IMG/VR virus record: IMGVR_UViG_3300017766_003777
Span: 1-35,362 of that record
Reading direction: 5' to 3' (one strand)
Length of the DNA: 35,362 bases
Source of the DNA: a virus
Lineage: Duplodnaviria > Caudoviricetes
Part shown: positions 32,894 to 35,362 of the stretch, one piece after another
Layout: each line of letters starts with the position of its first letter
Numbering within the stretch: the stretch's first letter is position 1
The notes under the pieces: generated by a model
The model's database searches: none
Told to the model about the DNA's origin: nothing
Seen by the model: only the letters and a program-made list of their open reading frames with translations
Program-made: the position numbers and the translations under genes

Positions 32894-33010
32894 AAAATCT
32901 CGGGATTTCCGCGCCGAGGGGTTGCACCCTGCGCGCAACGAGGGTAAGATCCACCCGTCGAGCATGCCGCTCGGCGCCGTCCCCCGCGGTTCGGGGTTGA
33001 GGACAAGGAC
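32894..33010 (+). promoter_or_regulatory. Cassette copy 11 (longer leader)
   Basis: TTGCAC 32922-32927, 17 nt, TAAGAT 32945-32950, hairpin 32957-32975, GAGGACAAGGAC before ATG. Confidence 0.82.
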
Positions 33011-33547
33011 ATGAGCATCTACGACATCGGAACCATCGAACGCGTGCCCGCGGATTCGCCTGCCCGCTCGCGCACGATCACCGCACCGCGCCACGGCAAG
33101 AAGCCGAACAAGTGGTGCGGCGCGAACGCGGTCAGCGCCCTCACGGGATGCACGACCGACCTCCCCGCGCTGATCATCGCCCGCAACCGCTACGCGCCTG
33201 TCGGCGAGATCCGCGCCCGCGACATCGCGAATGTGCGCGGCACCTACCTGTGGGAGGTCGCGCATGTGCTCCGCGTGCTCGGCTTCGACATCGAACGCGA
33301 GCGCAAGTGGGACGGCAAGTCGTTCGCGAAGGTCTGCGACGACCGCACGCGGGATCCGAACGCCGCGTACCTCGTCGCCGCCGCGCAGCATTGGATGGTC
33401 GTGCAGGGCAGTTGGTTCAGCGACAATCAACTCGGGCTGACCCGCTGCGACGACGCGCACAAGCGGCGCGGCATCGTGCTCGACGCGCACCGCGTGACCC
33501 GCGTGCGCATCGTGGACGAGATCGCCGTGCGCAAGGCGTTCCGCTGA
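33011..33547 (+). CDS. Early protein, possible papain-fold (C39-like) cysteine peptidase (178 aa)
   Basis: WCGANAVSALTG (Cys at helix start), GTYLWEV, YLV...HWMVVQG (His). Confidence 0.55.
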   Translation: MSIYDIGTIERVPADSPARSRTITAPRHGKKPNKWCGANAVSALTGCTTDLPALIIARNRYAPVGEIRARDIANVRGTYLWEVAHVLRVLGFDIERERKWDGKSFAKVCDDRTRDPNAAYLVAAAQHWMVVQGSWFSDNQLGLTRCDDAHKRRGIVLDAHRVTRVRIVDEIAVRKAFR

Positions 33548-33554
33548 CCCCGAC

Positions 33555-33584
33555 GCGCCGCGGCGGGGGAACCCGCCGCGGCGC
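33555..33584 (+). terminator. 13-bp stem, GGAA-loop hairpin after gene
   Basis: GCGCCGCGGCGGG-GGAA-CCCGCCGCGGCGC. Confidence 0.55.
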
Positions 33585-33622
33585 ATTCAACCACGCGCAT
33601 GAGCGCGTAGAAGGAGAGTGAC

Positions 33623-33982
33623 ATGAGCATTCAACATCAGAACAGGTTCACGCATCCCACGGTCTCCGCGCTCGGGGACACCCTCCCGCAGTTCGTGCGC
33701 GACGAGATGGAGCGGGATCCGCAGGGGTCGGGCACCGTGCGCGTCTTCGCGACGATGCCCCACCTGCACATCCACACCGACGAGGACAACGGCACGCGCA
33801 GCGCCGCCTACGCCGTCGCCTGCATCGTGGTCGATGACGCGTTCCCCGACGACTCGGTGCTGCTTGAGTCGTGGACATCGCAGCGCGAGGGCGACACGCT
33901 CTCGACCGTGGCGCTGCAGTTCGCGAACGCCGTCGGCGCGTTCATCCTCACCGCCGCGAGTGGAGATGCCTCCAATGGATGA
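33623..33982 (+). CDS. Hypothetical protein (119 aa)
   Basis: AAGGAG RBS; first of an overlapping gene run. Confidence 0.8.
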   Translation: MSIQHQNRFTHPTVSALGDTLPQFVRDEMERDPQGSGTVRVFATMPHLHIHTDEDNGTRSAAYAVACIVVDDAFPDDSVLLESWTSQREGDTLSTVALQFANAVGAFILTAASGDASNG

Positions 33983-34172
33983 CCCCAAGATCGGATGCGT
34001 CGTCGTGTCGCTGCGCACGGGTCGGGACACGCTGCTCCTGCATACCTCGGACGGATTGGTCGAGATCAAGACCGAGCCGATCTCGGGCGTGCGCAGCCGC
34101 GTCGTCGTGCGGGCGCCCATCGCCGTCAACATCAAGCGCAAGCGCACGGAGGAAGCCCATGACGCTGTTTGA
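33975..34172 (+). CDS. CsrA/RsmA-like small RNA-binding protein (65 aa)
   Basis: VVVSLRTGRDTLLL...VEIK...GVRSRVVVRAPIAVNIKR aligns by eye with the CsrA pattern LxLxRxxGExxxI...VRLGIxAPxxVxIxR. Confidence 0.6.
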   Translation: MDDPKIGCVVVSLRTGRDTLLLHTSDGLVEIKTEPISGVRSRVVVRAPIAVNIKRKRTEEAHDAV

Positions 34173-34512
34173 CCTCGCCGAGGCGGAACGGCGGCGCGAG
34201 GAGGGCATGAGCCGCGCCGCCGACGCCCGACGCGCCCTGCTCGCCATCGCGCAGCAGGTCGCCGTGTCGCTCGCCCGACAGCACGCCGAGGTTGACAGCG
34301 ACATGGTCGCCGAGCGGATGCTGCAGGACGGGCACGACTACGACCTGCTGCAGAACGCGGCAGGCAGCGTGTTCAAGTCGCCGCCGAGCGGGTTCCGATG
34401 GCACTTCGTCGGGATCCGAAACAGCCGTCGGGTCTCGACGCACGCCCGTATCATCCGCGTGTGGCGCTTGACCCCCGACAGCCCCGACGGGACTCCCGCA
34501 CCGTCCGCATAG
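34159..34512 (+). CDS. Phage hypothetical protein (117 aa, MTLFDLAEAERRREEGM...)
   Basis: GGAGG RBS; NAAGSVF...S.R.STHAR.IRVW pattern. Confidence 0.8.
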   Translation: MTLFDLAEAERRREEGMSRAADARRALLAIAQQVAVSLARQHAEVDSDMVAERMLQDGHDYDLLQNAAGSVFKSPPSGFRWHFVGIRNSRRVSTHARIIRVWRLTPDSPDGTPAPSA

Positions 34513-34901
34513 ACGGCGGAAGCCACGCCGCCCTCCGCAGCCTGTCAAGGCGCTACGGGGCGGCGTGGCACCGCCATGTCAGCAAGGCTGACATCGTCCG
34601 CATGGGCATCACCCTGCTCAACCTCGACCTGCTGTCACGCGACCTCGGAGGGCACGACCGAATGGGCACCCTTGACGACATGGACACCCTGCTTCTGCTG
34701 CGCGGCATCATCGCCGCAGGCGAGGAGCGCCGAGGGGGCATGCGCAGCCCCGATGTGCGTGTGCCCCTCTCGCTCCTGATGCGAGCCGCGGACGAAATCG
34801 CCGTGGCGCGGGATCGTCGCGAGGCGCACGGCGGTAGACTGTCAACCGATGCTGCAGCCCCCGCCACCACCCCGCAAGCGTCGGAACATGAGACCGACTG
34901 A
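34461..34901 (+). CDS. Putative ribbon-helix-helix protein with C-terminal AADEI motif (start uncertain; alternative ATG 34662)
   Basis: TVRIDGGSHAALRSLSRR...VSKADIVRMGI fits the RHH pattern; GGAGG precedes ATG 34662. Confidence 0.5.
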   Translation: MALDPRQPRRDSRTVRIDGGSHAALRSLSRRYGAAWHRHVSKADIVRMGITLLNLDLLSRDLGGHDRMGTLDDMDTLLLLRGIIAAGEERRGGMRSPDVRVPLSLLMRAADEIAVARDRREAHGGRLSTDAAAPATTPQASEHETD

Positions 34902-35028
34902 GGTTCGGGAGATCCGCGCCATGCATGCGGCGGGCACGCCGCAGAAGGCGATAGCGATCCGCTTCGGCGTGTCGCCTGCCTGCATCTGCCTGATCGTCCG
35001 CGGGCGGCGGCACGCGGGGGTCGTGTGA
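34888..35028 (+). CDS. Small HTH protein (46 aa), missing from the ORF track
   Basis: MRPTEVREIRAMHAAGTPQKAIAIRFGVSPACICLIVRG; GTGA overlap with rusA. Confidence 0.75.
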   Translation: MRPTEVREIRAMHAAGTPQKAIAIRFGVSPACICLIVRGRRHAGVV

Positions 35029-35362
35029 AGGCGCAGTTCTTCGCCGAGGGCATCGCCGCCCCGCAGGGCAGCAAGCGGCTCGTCCGCCCGCACGGACGCA
35101 CTTTGATGATCGACGCGAGCCGACGCCTGCGCCCGTGGCGCGATGCCGTGTCCGCCGCCGCGCTCGCCGCAGGGGTGCCGATGCTGCAGGGCGATGTCGA
35201 ACTGCACATCGTGGTGCGGTGGGTGCGCCCGCGGTCGCACCTCACAGCCCGCGGCACGCTCCGCACGGGAATGCCGACCCGACCGCGGTACGCCGACGCC
35301 GACAAACTCGCTCGGGCTATCTGCGATGCGCTCACGGGCATCGCCTACCGCGACGACCGACA
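35025..35362 (+). CDS. rusA: RusA-family Holliday junction resolvase, 5' part (total about 141 aa)
   Basis: GTG start; FFAEGIAAPQGSKR...LRPWR...DADKLARAICDALTG. Confidence 0.9.
   Translation, partial: MKAQFFAEGIAAPQGSKRLVRPHGRTLMIDASRRLRPWRDAVSAAALAAGVPMLQGDVELHIVVRWVRPRSHLTARGTLRTGMPTRPRYADADKLARAICDALTGIAYRDDR
35240..35362. repeat. Terminal direct repeat (right copy)
   Basis: Identical to 1-123. Confidence 0.95.

Overview
The window looks like a complete, circularly permuted genome (about 35.2 kb, high GC) of a tailed dsDNA phage. Bases 1-123 repeat exactly at 35240-35362, and a RusA resolvase gene reads through the junction. The late operon runs on the minus strand from about 26110 down to 1584: terminase, a 1005-aa modular protein, a Mu-like head module (DUF935-type portal, MuF-like minor head, protease/scaffold, capsid), a probably non-contractile tail with a -1 frameshifted chaperone and a very short tape measure, a holin/spanin-like lysis cassette with no recognisable endolysin, and a roughly 50-Cys protein. 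The early regions are built from small genes, each behind a repeated promoter/5'-hairpin/RBS cassette (11 copies). They also carry ERF and Gp157 recombination genes, a DNA methyltransferase, and CsrA-like, RHH-like and HTH regulators. I found no integrase, transposase, DNA polymerase, helicase or replication initiator. The best candidates for new biology are three. (1) The 1005-aa protein is an array of 60-100 aa modules joined by a repeated SRxGxKxxF/THAA linker; a similar motif occurs in the prohead protease/scaffold, suggesting a capsid-loaded polyprotein cut during head maturation. (2) The repeated expression cassette carries a covarying RNA hairpin. (3) A promoter-driven, heavily base-paired non-coding region of about 460 nt lies at 31470-31927. 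Product calls come from motif recognition and synteny only; no searches were run.
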